DNA of 64,000 bases from Methanobacteriota archaeon (GTDB lineage: Archaea; Thermoplasmatota; Poseidoniia; Poseidoniales; Poseidoniaceae). The DNA is taken from positions 10,126 to 74,125 of the forward strand of contig PBHR01000001.1 of NCBI GenBank assembly GCA_002720275.1. The letters are read 5' to 3'. This document shows, in pieces, positions 1-9,436 of the stretch. Made by a program: the position numbers and the translations under genes. Numbering within the stretch: the first letter of the stretch is position 1; each line of letters starts with the position of its first letter. The notes beneath the pieces were generated by a model, which worked only from the letters and a program-made list of their open reading frames with translations, was not told the DNA's origin and did not search any database.

Positions 1-655
1 TTTGAGATCTTTCTTTTTTCAATTGACCAATCTTACGTTTGTGTGATGCGATTTTCTTATTTATTTTAAATATTTTAAAACCGATTGGGTTTTTACTATC
101 TATTTTTTTGGATACATTAATTTTTGAGTTACCACTTTTTTTCCTTATTTTGTTTAATTTTTCAATTGTTGAAAATTGTTCATTCATTAATTCTTGAAAC
201 TCATTGTGGTATTGTGTGCTTTTTACTTTTTGAATGAACATTTGTTGTAATTCTAAAAATCTACTAAACATTTCTGCTTCCTTTTTTAGACTAGGATATC
301 TTAAATCTGATTCTTCACCAGTTAATCTGTAATAATACAGGTATAAATTTTCTAAAATAGCCTGTTCTGGAAGAATAATGTTTGAATTTATTTCGTCTCT
401 CATACTTCTTAATTCATTTGCTTCCTTCTGTCTATTTTGAACTTCAACTAGTATTTCTTGCTGTTCTTCTGGTAACCCCTTGATGTTTTCTAAGTGGTTA
501 TTCATTGCTAAGCTCATCAAATTTAATGATTTTCTTTCATCATATAATTTATTGATGTCTTGTGAAATATTTGTTATTGAAACATTTAAATCTGAAAGTT
601 TAGATTCTAATTTTTCTTTATCTTTATTTTCTTTTTTGCTGGATTTGGGAGTCAT
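1..655 (-). CDS. Partial (N-terminal 218 codons) Lys/Glu-rich coiled-coil protein, runs off window start
   Basis: ATG at 655..653 overlaps TGA of upstream ORF (ATGA). Manual minus-strand translation gives MTPKSSKKENKDKEKLESKLSDLNVSITNISQDINKLYDERKSLNLMSLAMNNHLENIKGLPEEQQEI... with no stop down to about 450. Absent from the closed-ORF track, consistent with an open-ended ORF. Confidence 0.35.
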   Translation of the reverse strand, partial: MTPKSSKKENKDKEKLESKLSDLNVSITNISQDINKLYDERKSLNLMSLAMNNHLENIKGLPEEQQEILVEVQNRQKEANELRSMRDEINSNIILPEQAILENLYLYYYRLTGEESDLRYPSLKKEAEMFSRFLELQQMFIQKVKSTQYHNEFQELMNEQFSTIEKLNKIRKKSGNSKINVSKKIDSKNPIGFKIFKINKKIASHKRKIGQLKKERSQ

Positions 656-1140
656 TCTTCTTCACCACCCTCGTCACTATTTGCTGATTTTTTCCTTAGT
701 GCCCAACTGCTTGCACCTCCGTTTTCAACTCTTTTACTATCCTCCAAAAGTTCTTCAAAACCAAACTCTAATTTTCCTTCCCAAAATGAAATAATTTCTT
801 CAGAGTTTTTGAAAATATTTTCTGCTCTATTTAATCTACCTATGGCTGAATTAAATTCTTCACGTAATTTTTTGAGTTCATTTAAGTTTCCTACAGTTTT
901 ATTTTGGTTTCCAGATGTAAGGTTTTCATGGTATTTTATCGCATCTTCTGCTTCCCTGACTTCTTTATTGGCCTTTTTGATTATTTCTGGCAATTGGTCC
1001 ATTAAATGTTGTCTTCGATGAATAATTGCTTTAGCCAATAATTCTGGCTTTAATTGTAATAGCGTCTTCGGCTCCATCTCTAACGTTCGCTCGACTTTGA
1101 TTTCTTCAATAAATGTTAGTAATCCTTGAAAGTTACACAA
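652..1140 (-). CDS. Hypothetical coiled-coil protein with acidic C-terminus
   Basis: 162-aa ORF with heptad-like charged repeats and a ...SDEGGEEE tail. Overlaps the downstream ORF start by ATGA (operon-like). Confidence 0.4.
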   Translation of the reverse strand: MCNFQGLLTFIEEIKVERTLEMEPKTLLQLKPELLAKAIIHRRQHLMDQLPEIIKKANKEVREAEDAIKYHENLTSGNQNKTVGNLNELKKLREEFNSAIGRLNRAENIFKNSEEIISFWEGKLEFGFEELLEDSKRVENGGASSWALRKKSANSDEGGEEE

Positions 1141-1174
1141 TGTATCTTAATTAGTCATTGATTCCGCTATGTGA

Positions 1175-2638
1175 ATGAGGACCAAAAGGGCACTTCCAAT
1201 TGTTGTTTTAACTGTGTTATTAATCTCAATAATTCCTGCTAATTCCGCGGATTCAGTTTCTCAATCAGGAGATCTGATATTAAGAAATGGACCTTGGCAC
1301 GTAGGTGATGAAATTGAGTTTTCAATCTTAGTTCATAATGGTGGTTCCGAACCAATAAGTAATTTTTTACAAGTGGAAATTAATGGAGATTATTCTAATG
1401 GTTCAATTGTAAGTATTGATTCAGGAAATAGTATGGAGTTAAAGTCAAATTTTATAGCGCAAACCTCTGGAACATTTGTAGTCAATTGGACTGTTTACAA
1501 CGAAAATGGCTCTTCCGAAAGTTTTTCTGGAACTTCTGAAGTACTCATATCAGATCAACAATCTTTGTTTGCAGAAATATATTCGTTATCTTATGACTAT
1601 GAGGATGGTTACTCGATTAATTGGGGTGCTAACCTTACAGAGGGGAATTCTAGATTGGTAGTTTCTAAAATATATTTTGTAACTAATGAAGAAGCGATTA
1701 TTGCAAGTGAATTAGAAATTCATTTAGAACCAGGATTAAGGACTACAAATACAATGATAGGGATTGCACCAAAAGGAACTTACAAGGTTGAATTGATTTT
1801 ACAGCCATTAGATTGGATACCCTCGAATTCCGCAGCAGATGAACAAAATGTAGATTCTGGTATCGCAAATTTATTTTTACAAATAGTTTCAGGACCATCT
1901 CCAGAAAATCCTACTTTGGATGATACAGTTACGATTTTATTGGAATTGCAGAATAATGGCCCTCTAGATACAGGTACAGGTAAATTAATTGCAGTTGACG
2001 GCCAAAAAAGATTGTTAGCAGAGAAGGACGTTCCAGGGGTTAATGCAGAATCAGAAAAACAAATTGAATTAAAAATTAATGAATGGATGTCCACATCAAC
2101 AACAACTTTAGAACTTATTTGGATTATGGACGAATACATCGCTAAAACAAATGTAGAGGTGGTTTCTAGTAATGCAGAAATAATATTGGAAGAATCAGAT
2201 TTTTCTATAAATTGGGCTGGTTTAATTGTAGGTGTTATGATTGCTTTGTTGATAATTTTTGGTGTCAGAATCGTTTCAGCCAAGAATCAAATTGAAAATT
2301 TAGAAACTCGGACTTTCAGTGAAAAAAATAAGAAGGTGGAAGAAAAACCTGAAACAGAAAAGAGAACTATTGATTGTCCTTCTTGTCCAAAACAATTACA
2401 AGTGCCTTTAGGATATTCAGGCCAAGTAAAATGCCCCTCTTGTTTAACTCAATTTAGTGCTAATGGGGAGTCTGAAAAAGATGATGAAGAAATAGAAGAG
2501 GAATTATTTGCAAGTTCGGATGATGATGTAATTGGTTGCCCAAAATGCGACCAAGTTTTGAGAGTTCCTTACGAAAAGAGACCAGCTAAAGCGAGATGTC
2601 CAGCTTGTAAATGTATTTTCAATGCGATAGCAGATTAA
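1175..2638 (+). CDS. Type-I-like membrane protein: signal/TM, about 330-aa extracellular domain, TM, cytoplasmic tandem zinc ribbons
   Basis: N-terminal hydrophobic segment LPIVVLTVLLISIIPANSA and a TM WAGLIVGVMIALLIIFGV. C-terminal CPSCPKQLQVP...KCPSCLTQF and CPKCDQVLRVP...CPACKCIF form two Cx2C...Cx2C ribbons. Confidence 0.55.
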   Translation: MRTKRALPIVVLTVLLISIIPANSADSVSQSGDLILRNGPWHVGDEIEFSILVHNGGSEPISNFLQVEINGDYSNGSIVSIDSGNSMELKSNFIAQTSGTFVVNWTVYNENGSSESFSGTSEVLISDQQSLFAEIYSLSYDYEDGYSINWGANLTEGNSRLVVSKIYFVTNEEAIIASELEIHLEPGLRTTNTMIGIAPKGTYKVELILQPLDWIPSNSAADEQNVDSGIANLFLQIVSGPSPENPTLDDTVTILLELQNNGPLDTGTGKLIAVDGQKRLLAEKDVPGVNAESEKQIELKINEWMSTSTTTLELIWIMDEYIAKTNVEVVSSNAEIILEESDFSINWAGLIVGVMIALLIIFGVRIVSAKNQIENLETRTFSEKNKKVEEKPETEKRTIDCPSCPKQLQVPLGYSGQVKCPSCLTQFSANGESEKDDEEIEEELFASSDDDVIGCPKCDQVLRVPYEKRPAKARCPACKCIFNAIAD

Positions 2639-2651
2639 TGGAGAGATAACT

Positions 2652-4151
2652 TTGTCAGACGAGGAAGATGAATTTTCAATAGACATCGATAAAATTTCAG
2701 AGCGTTTAAAAATTTTTAGAATTATTGAAGATTTACTATCTAAATTTGATAAGTTATTGCTTAGTAAAGGAGCAAGTTTAATGCTAGTTTTACCACCATT
2801 AATTGCCTTAGTCGTTGGTATTGGAGTTTGGAAAGAACATAGAACACCAGAATGGTGGGGCGCATTTAGCCCGGTCGTTTTTGATTTGGAATTAACGCCA
2901 TTTATGGATTGGCTTAGCATTATGTTTTTGTTGGCAATGCTTCTAATGTTAACAGCAAATACTGCACAGGCAATGATCTCTAGAATGATTGTGAGATATA
3001 ATGCATTAATTCATTTGCATTCAGGCTACAATATTGAAAAATCACACGGTTTTGAACAAATAACTCAAATGGCTAATGATGCAATTAATAAAAGATTAGT
3101 CTCAACAATGATTACATTATTAGCTTTATTATTGCAGATTATAATAATTTCATTAGGTAGTTTTAGTGAGGTTTCAGAAATATTAAGGGAGTTTTCTTTA
3201 TCTTGTGTATTGATTAATTTTAGTTTTCTAATTAAAAGGAAAAATGTTGAATTTAATACATCAGAAGAATGGGGATTAGTGGGCGCGTATAAACCAGTGT
3301 TTCATCCATCAATACTTAATTATCCATTAACAGAAATACTATTGACAATCTGTGATCCATTTTTAAGATATAAAATCGAACAGATTATTGAAGAGATTAA
3401 TACGAAAAGAAGGGTAAAATTAGATAATTATAAATTTTTTGAAAAAATAGTATTACTTCATTATCTTCATGATGAAGGGCGTATGACAACTACAGACTTA
3501 ATTAAAAAAATTGAATCTGAGTATAAGATTAAACAACCATCTATAATTTATGATCTTCAGTTGTGGTCTGAATTAATAAGGCATCTTCACAATACTTGTG
3601 ACCCTTTTAATAGATTAATGACTAGAACATTACAGAAAAATATTGAAGATTTGGAAAAAATTAGAAAAACTGGTTATTATTTTGATGTAGATATTGACGA
3701 TATTTTTGATGAAAAAGGCTCAATGTTTGTTCAATTGATAAATGCATCTCATAAAAAAAGAACAGTATTGTTAAAGACTCAGTCTGCGCATACTGATCCT
3801 GAGATAATTACACATTCTATTGAATTAAATCCACAAGGTAAGGCGATGATGGAATTAGGTAACAGGCCATGGGATTCTGATTTAGAAAGAAGAGAAGTAA
3901 TTTTAGCGGCTGCAGATGAATCTTCTGCTTGGATTTGGATGAACCCTAAATCTAAATCAAGCGGTGAATTAGTAATTAATGTAAGATTGGAAGATTCAGA
4001 AGGACATTTAATTGATGGAAGAACATTGATTTCATTAAGCAGGACACCAATGTTGAGAAGGTTTAGTTTAATGACCAGTAGATTTGCCTTTTCATTAGGA
4101 ATAATTATTCCAACAATTAGATTAAGTTGGTGGATTTTTTCACTAATTTGA
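2652..4151 (+). CDS. Polytopic membrane protein with cytoplasmic winged-helix-like segment (TTG start)
   Basis: Several hydrophobic helices in the N-terminal half and at the C-terminus. Central KFFEKIVLLHYLHDEGRMTTTDLIKKIESEY resembles a wHTH. Starts 14 nt after the preceding gene. Confidence 0.45.
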   Translation: MSDEEDEFSIDIDKISERLKIFRIIEDLLSKFDKLLLSKGASLMLVLPPLIALVVGIGVWKEHRTPEWWGAFSPVVFDLELTPFMDWLSIMFLLAMLLMLTANTAQAMISRMIVRYNALIHLHSGYNIEKSHGFEQITQMANDAINKRLVSTMITLLALLLQIIIISLGSFSEVSEILREFSLSCVLINFSFLIKRKNVEFNTSEEWGLVGAYKPVFHPSILNYPLTEILLTICDPFLRYKIEQIIEEINTKRRVKLDNYKFFEKIVLLHYLHDEGRMTTTDLIKKIESEYKIKQPSIIYDLQLWSELIRHLHNTCDPFNRLMTRTLQKNIEDLEKIRKTGYYFDVDIDDIFDEKGSMFVQLINASHKKRTVLLKTQSAHTDPEIITHSIELNPQGKAMMELGNRPWDSDLERREVILAAADESSAWIWMNPKSKSSGELVINVRLEDSEGHLIDGRTLISLSRTPMLRRFSLMTSRFAFSLGIIIPTIRLSWWIFSLI

Positions 4152-4172
4152 AATGGTGGGTTTCAAATCCTA

Positions 4173-5207
4173 TTGGGTCTACCCATTACTGTGGCCGGAT
4201 TAAATGAGCGTCAACCCGACGCCGAAAAAGACGATCTTAAAGATACGTTAAACACAATGGAGTCAAAGATAAGACGTATGCGTGATCAAAGATCTAATCA
4301 TAATAAATCCGCAAGAAGATTTGCAGATCAAAGAGATACAATTCAGGCAGAATATAAAGAGTTGAAATCAAAACTAGATGAAGGCTTGAATAAAATCAAA
4401 GCAAAGAAAAAAGAAGCAAATTCATTTAGAGTTCGTAGGGATACTGCACAAGAACAGTTGAGAGTATTATTTGCTAGAGCTAAGAGTGGGCATAGCGATA
4501 AGCGAAAATCAAAAAGTGTTACCGCCGAATTTAATAAATTAAATAGCACCATTGCTGAACTAGAAAAACAAATTGAAACAAAATATCATCCATTAGACAA
4601 AGAAAATAAAATATTAAAACAAATTAAATCTCACAAAGAAAACATTCAAGATTTAGAACCATTAATTGATGAAAATGCTAAATTAGAAGTAGATTTGTCT
4701 AATACGGAATCAGCGATTACAGAACTAAAATCAGTTGCAGATGAGTCACATAAATTAATGGTTGATGCTTTGAAAGAAGCTAGGAAGATGTCTGAAGAAT
4801 TAAACTCATTATTTAAAGAAAGAAATTTCCTTAAATCTGAAGGAGACAGGTTTCATAATTCATTTGTCGAAGAGAAAAAGAAGGCTGATGAAGTACACAA
4901 AGAAATAGGTGAGTTGATGAAAAAGATTACCGAAGTAAAGGATCAAATCAAGTCTTTAGTGAAAGAAAGAAAATCTTGGGTTTCAGATCATAATGATTCG
5001 GTTAGAAATGAATTAAAATCTCCCCACGATGACGAGACTCTTGCAGATTCTTTAATTGATCATTTATTAGAAAGCGGAAGTTTGGAATTTGGTGGGACGT
5101 TAGGAAAAGATTCTGATGGAAGAGGCCAAAATAAAAAGAAAAGGTCTGTGAGGAAAAAATCAGTTTCAACAGCTAGAGGAAGAAGATCTAGTACAAAGAG
5201 AGAATAA
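4173..5207 (+). CDS. Archaeal coiled-coil protein (COG1340-like)
   Basis: 344 aa, almost entirely charged heptad repeats with a basic RS-rich tail. Pattern ESHKLMVDALKEARKMSEELNSLFKERN...FHNSFVEEKKKADEVHKEI recalls the conserved archaeal coiled-coil family. Confidence 0.45.
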   Translation: MGLPITVAGLNERQPDAEKDDLKDTLNTMESKIRRMRDQRSNHNKSARRFADQRDTIQAEYKELKSKLDEGLNKIKAKKKEANSFRVRRDTAQEQLRVLFARAKSGHSDKRKSKSVTAEFNKLNSTIAELEKQIETKYHPLDKENKILKQIKSHKENIQDLEPLIDENAKLEVDLSNTESAITELKSVADESHKLMVDALKEARKMSEELNSLFKERNFLKSEGDRFHNSFVEEKKKADEVHKEIGELMKKITEVKDQIKSLVKERKSWVSDHNDSVRNELKSPHDDETLADSLIDHLLESGSLEFGGTLGKDSDGRGQNKKKRSVRKKSVSTARGRRSSTKRE

Positions 5208-5208
5208 T

Positions 5209-6222
5209 TTACCATCCTCTATTTTCTAATTTAACATCTAATTTTTCAATTTCTAAGCCTGGCATTGCTTCACCTACCATTGATGAAGCTTCGGCAACCT
5301 TTTCTGCATCATCAAAATGGTGTGTAGAATAAACGATTGCTTCGGCTGTTTGAGTTGGATTTTCACTTTTGAAAATTCCTGAACCCACAAATATTCCATC
5401 CATTCCCATATTCATCATTAATGCAGCATCTGCAGGAGTTGCAATTCCACCTGCTGAAAATGTAACAACAGGCAACCTTCCTAATTTCATAATTTCCTTT
5501 GCCACATTATGCACACCTTCCCTACAATCATCCATACTGCCAAATGGAATTTTACTAATCCCACTGCTTAATTCAGATGTATTGCCTAAATTCATAAATC
5601 TCTCAGAAATTAATTTTATGGAATTATTAAATGTGTCGTCATCAGCATCTTGTAAAAATTTAATTTCATCATCAATTAGTCTTGCATGTTTTACAGCAGA
5701 AACAATGTTCCCCGTTCCTGCTTCACCTTTTGTACGAATCATTGCAGCACCTTCAAAGATTCTTCGAACGGCTTCACCTAAATTCGTTGCACCACAAACA
5801 AAGGGAATAGTAAACTCATTTTTTGGAATGTGGTAAAATGGATCTGCGGGAGTTAATACTTCACTTTCATCTACCATATCAACACCTAATGTTTCTAGTA
5901 CACGAGCTTCTTGTGAATGTCCAATTCTAGCCTTAGCCATTACAGGTATAGATGTAGTTTCAATAATTTCCTTAATTAGGTCTGGATGACTCATTCTTGC
6001 AACACCACCATCTTTACGAATGTCTGCAGGGACTCTTTCAAGTGCCATTACGGAACAAGCACCAGCATCCTCTGCGATATGTGCTTGTTCTGCATTAACT
6101 ACATCCATGACAACACCTCCTTGTTGCATTCTTGCAAAACCGCGTTTTAACAATTCAGTGCCGTAGCGCATAGAACTTAAATCAAATTTTTGAACCAAAT
6201 AATCACCTTTTATATCACTCAT
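5209..6222 (-). CDS. pdxS: Pyridoxal 5'-phosphate synthase lyase subunit PdxS
   Basis: Motifs [87 protein letters not shown] and C-terminal ENRGW. About 25-aa insertion relative to the canonical length. Confidence 0.9.
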   Translation of the reverse strand: MSDIKGDYLVQKFDLSSMRYGTELLKRGFARMQQGGVVMDVVNAEQAHIAEDAGACSVMALERVPADIRKDGGVARMSHPDLIKEIIETTSIPVMAKARIGHSQEARVLETLGVDMVDESEVLTPADPFYHIPKNEFTIPFVCGATNLGEAVRRIFEGAAMIRTKGEAGTGNIVSAVKHARLIDDEIKFLQDADDDTFNNSIKLISERFMNLGNTSELSSGISKIPFGSMDDCREGVHNVAKEIMKLGRLPVVTFSAGGIATPADAALMMNMGMDGIFVGSGIFKSENPTQTAEAIVYSTHHFDDAEKVAEASSMVGEAMPGLEIEKLDVKLENRGW

Positions 6223-6493
6223 CTGCCAGAATTGGGGACTCTCCAGTTGCCACTTCTAATCTAGAGGCTTCATTTTCATTTCTCTCAATCCAGTATTCTT
6301 CTATTTCTGGAACATCGTAGTCTGCATAAATCGCATCAACAGGACATTCAGGGACACAAGCAGCACAATCAATGCATTCATCGGGATCAATTACGAGATA
6401 TGTTTCAGCTTCCCTAAACGCTTCCACAGGACAAACTGAGACACATTCCTGATACTTGCAACTGACGCATCCACTTACTACAACATGTGTCAT
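6215..6493 (-). CDS. fdx: Ferredoxin, 2x[Fe-S] (7Fe/8Fe type)
   Basis: [18 protein letters not shown] and [16 protein letters not shown] cysteine clusters. 8-nt overlap with pdxS. Confidence 0.8.
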   Translation of the reverse strand: MTHVVVSGCVSCKYQECVSVCPVEAFREAETYLVIDPDECIDCAACVPECPVDAIYADYDVPEIEEYWIERNENEASRLEVATGESPILADE

Positions 6494-6518
6494 ATTATTA
6501 CATCTCCAAAATTATGTT

Positions 6519-6528
6519 TATTATAAAT
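6519..6528 (-). promoter_or_regulatory. Putative archaeal TATA box (TTTATAATAA) for fdx-pdxS; implied near-leaderless transcript
   Basis: Minus-strand TTTATAATAA centred about 30 nt upstream of the fdx ATG at 6493, in an AT-rich intergenic region. Confidence 0.3.
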
Positions 6529-6566
6529 AGTTGTATTTTAATCTGCTATTTTTTAATTTTTAATTT

Positions 6567-7046
6567 TTAAATTATTGTTGAGGGTGGAGAATCTAACCAA
6601 CCTCTTCTACTACATCTTTCTAAAGATTCATTTAGTAATTTTAATAAAACGTCTTGAGGTTTTTCACCGGGATAAACTTCAATTTTAGCAACCATCTTGA
6701 TAATGTCTTCATTATTGTTTCCTAAAACAATCTTACCTTTAACAAGTTCATTCTGACTCAATCTGAAATGTAATCTATTTTCATCATCAAGCCTTTCATT
6801 TTTTTCATTAATTAATAAATTAAGCAAATCTCCACCTAATCTTGAAAATGTTAATCTTGATTGACTTCTTGTTAGTTTAACCTTGATTAAAGTTATTGGT
6901 GATCCAAAAAAGGAGGTGCTTTTTTCTAAGTAAACTATATCCTTTTTGTCACACAACCATTCTAAACTTTTTGTGATTAAATCAACATCATGTAATCCTG
7001 ATGCAGTAGTGGAACATGACAATGAATGTATGGGCATGTTGTCCAC
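6567..7046 (-). CDS. Hypothetical protein (possible small RNA-binding-type domain)
   Basis: 159-aa ORF, no diagnostic motif recognised. Confidence 0.35.
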   Translation of the reverse strand: MDNMPIHSLSCSTTASGLHDVDLITKSLEWLCDKKDIVYLEKSTSFFGSPITLIKVKLTRSQSRLTFSRLGGDLLNLLINEKNERLDDENRLHFRLSQNELVKGKIVLGNNNEDIIKMVAKIEVYPGEKPQDVLLKLLNESLERCSRRGWLDSPPSTII

Positions 7047-7179
7047 TAGGAGGTGCAGTGAATATATGATTCTATTTTAGTTTGGAGCCACATTTTTTAA
7101 TAATTTATGTAATTCAATATACCATGCAATTCATATATGCGTCTTAGGTCGCAGAGGCGCTACACTGAGTGAGATACCT

Positions 7180-8136
7180 ATGGCTGTAAGAACTAGCGCA
7201 CAATCTCGAAATCTGGCTAGAAAGCAGAGAGATAAGTGGAAAGCAAAAAGAATTTTTTCAATTAGGGCACCAAGAAACCCTTGGCAGTATAAGAAAATTG
7301 GAGAAACTTTTGGTGAAAGTGAGCAATTTATTGAAGGTAGAATTTTTCAAACAACACAACAAGAGTTTGATGGTGATTTTACTAAAATGCACGTCAAATT
7401 AAATTTCAGGATTGTTGAAGTGATTAATCAGGATGCAATTACAGAATTTGTAGGACACGCTCATCAAAATGATCACATCAGAAGGCAAATAAGACGCTAT
7501 AGAGGAAAAGTAGATGGTGTAGTTGACGTAGTTACTAATGATGGTTATTTGGTTCGATTGAAACCATTGATTGTAACAGAAGGAAGAGTTACAAGCAGTA
7601 TGAAGAAAGTAATGAGGAGAACAGTTTCCGAAATTATTACTACATTTGGTTCATCGTGTACATATCCAAATTTGCAAAAAGCAATTTTAGGTTCTGATAT
7701 TGAAACAAGCATGGTTAAAGCATTAAATCCAATTGCAAAAGTTCGTTCTGCGGTAATTGCAAAAAGCCAATTATTAAAATCAGGAGTAGTGAGTTCAGAA
7801 GGTCCAACATTGGATGAAATTCATGCTGCGGAAGTTAAAGCTGAAGCAGAATTGAAGGCTAAAAAGCAGGCAACAGAATCTGAAGTTGACGAAGCACCTA
7901 CGATTCTTGAAGCAGCAGAGGCTATGGAATCAATCAGTGAAAAAGTTTCACAAACATCCTCTGAAGAAATTTCAGATGAGAAAGAAGGAATTGCTAACCC
8001 AGAAGAAGGAACAGTAAGTGAAGATGTTGATTATCAATCTATGACAGTACCTCAATTAAAAGAATTATTAAAGGCTGCAGGAAAACCTGTTTCTGGCAAG
8101 AAGTCGGATTTGATTGAAAGACTTACTGGAGAGTGA
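7180..8136 (+). CDS. rps3ae: 30S ribosomal protein S3Ae (eS1) with C-terminal acidic linker and SAP motif
   Basis: N-terminus RNLARKQRDKWKAKRIFSIRAPRNPWQYKKIGETF is typical S3Ae. The 318-aa length is about 100 aa longer than usual. C-terminus MTVPQLKELLKAAGKPVSGKKSDLIERL matches the SAP consensus. Confidence 0.8.
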   Translation: MAVRTSAQSRNLARKQRDKWKAKRIFSIRAPRNPWQYKKIGETFGESEQFIEGRIFQTTQQEFDGDFTKMHVKLNFRIVEVINQDAITEFVGHAHQNDHIRRQIRRYRGKVDGVVDVVTNDGYLVRLKPLIVTEGRVTSSMKKVMRRTVSEIITTFGSSCTYPNLQKAILGSDIETSMVKALNPIAKVRSAVIAKSQLLKSGVVSSEGPTLDEIHAAEVKAEAELKAKKQATESEVDEAPTILEAAEAMESISEKVSQTSSEEISDEKEGIANPEEGTVSEDVDYQSMTVPQLKELLKAAGKPVSGKKSDLIERLTGE

Positions 8137-8159
8137 GTAAGTATCTGAGGGGGGACCTC

Positions 8160-8945
8160 ATGAAGAGAATTGGATTAATTGGTGGAACCGGTCTATTTGG
8201 TTTAAATTCAGAATTAATATCTTCTTGGAATTTAATTGATACTACAGATTTGGCTGTAGAAACACCTTACGGGGAAGTTCCAATAACTGTTTTTGATTTT
8301 CAAAAAGAAGATCAAAATTGTAAGATATTTTTTCTTCAAAGACACCATAATATTGGTGGAAAAACAAAAACACCCCACAAAATAAATCATCTTGCAAATA
8401 TTTCTGCAATTTTATCTTGTAATGTTGAATTCACAGTAGCAGTTTGCTCTGTAGGGGCAATTAATGAGGATTTTGTTCCAGGAATGGTTGGTTTAGCTGA
8501 ACAATATATTGATTTTAGCGGCATCCCAATTAGTTTTCAAAATAATGATGCTGAATTTACTTCTATGACATCTCCTTTTGATGCAGATTTAAATGATAAG
8601 TTGTTGAAGTCTTTAAGAGAATCACAGCCTCAATTTTCTGATTTGGGAGATGAAAAATTCCGATTTACATATTGGTTTAGTCCTGGTCCACAATTTGAAA
8701 CACCTGCTGAAATTAGAGCAATTTCAAAATTAGGAGGGGATTGTGTTGGAATGACTTTAGCCCCAGAAGCAAAATTAATGGCAGAAAAAGGACATAAATT
8801 TTCAGCAATTTTAATTGCTGGAAATTATGCTGCTGGATTAGATCCTTCAAATCCACTTGCAAAATTAGATCATGAAAAAATTTCATCAAAGGCAACATCA
8901 CGCTCGGACCCTGTTTTATTTTCCTTGAGTAAATTATTTGGTTAA
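8160..8945 (+). CDS. mtnP: 5'-methylthioadenosine/purine nucleoside phosphorylase family
   Basis: MKRIGLIGGTGLFG glycine loop and FLQRHHNIGG...PHKINHLANI match PNP/MTAP. GAGGGGGG Shine-Dalgarno-like motif lies 8 nt upstream of this ATG (the track's GTG start at 8133 is less likely). Confidence 0.7.
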   Translation: MKRIGLIGGTGLFGLNSELISSWNLIDTTDLAVETPYGEVPITVFDFQKEDQNCKIFFLQRHHNIGGKTKTPHKINHLANISAILSCNVEFTVAVCSVGAINEDFVPGMVGLAEQYIDFSGIPISFQNNDAEFTSMTSPFDADLNDKLLKSLRESQPQFSDLGDEKFRFTYWFSPGPQFETPAEIRAISKLGGDCVGMTLAPEAKLMAEKGHKFSAILIAGNYAAGLDPSNPLAKLDHEKISSKATSRSDPVLFSLSKLFG

Positions 8946-9428
8946 TTTTTCAAAAGTCTTAATTTTATATGAAAAGTCATCATTTTCTTCTTTAATACTC
9001 TTGGTAGTATCTATTATTTTCCAACATTCTTTGTCAAATTCAGGAAAAAATGCATCAGCAGAATTAACCTCTGTTTCGACAAAACTTAGAATCATTTTAG
9101 TTGCAATTTTCAAAAAGGACTTATAAATTTCTGCACCCCCTATTATGAAAATTTCATTTTCATTAATACAAATAGAATTAATATCATTAGGATCGTTAAT
9201 TGTTATAACTCCTTCTTTTTCCCAATTTTTATTTCTAGTTAGCACTACATTTTTCCTATTAGGGAGTGCCTTGCCAATAGAATCAAAGGTTTTTCTACCC
9301 ATTACAATCGTACTTCCTGTTGTAATTTTTTTGAAATGTTTCAAATCCGAACTTAGGTGCCATGGTAAATCGCCTTGTTTACCAATTGCTTGGTTTTTAT
9401 CAAAGGCTGCTATCAAAGTAATATCCAT
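8934..9428 (-). CDS. folA: Dihydrofolate reductase
   Basis: ITLIAAFDKNQAIGKQGDLPWHLSSDLKHFKKITTGSTIVMGRKTFDSIG. 12-nt convergent overlap with mtnP. Confidence 0.85.
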   Translation of the reverse strand: MDITLIAAFDKNQAIGKQGDLPWHLSSDLKHFKKITTGSTIVMGRKTFDSIGKALPNRKNVVLTRNKNWEKEGVITINDPNDINSICINENEIFIIGGAEIYKSFLKIATKMILSFVETEVNSADAFFPEFDKECWKIIDTTKSIKEENDDFSYKIKTFEKLTK

Positions 9429-9436
9429 ATAATCAC

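Noticed and set aside
480-1021. Plus-strand ORFs 480..794 and 809..1021
   Set aside because: They lie antisense to the coiled-coil ORFs. Composition is hydrophobic and low-complexity, as expected from reading Lys/Glu-rich codons backwards. Judged spurious.
1780-2920. Minus-strand ORFs 1780..2283 and 2504..2920 inside or over the membrane-protein genes
   Set aside because: They are fully embedded in longer, motif-bearing plus-strand genes. No motifs. Shadow ORFs.
5369-5836. 155-aa plus-strand ORF inside pdxS
   Set aside because: Antisense to a highly conserved gene. Spurious.
6530-6566. Short tandem ttttaa repeats (ttttaatttttaatttttaaatt)
   Set aside because: Simple AT-rich intergenic sequence in a 35% GC genome. 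Too short and irregular to be a CRISPR or functional satellite.
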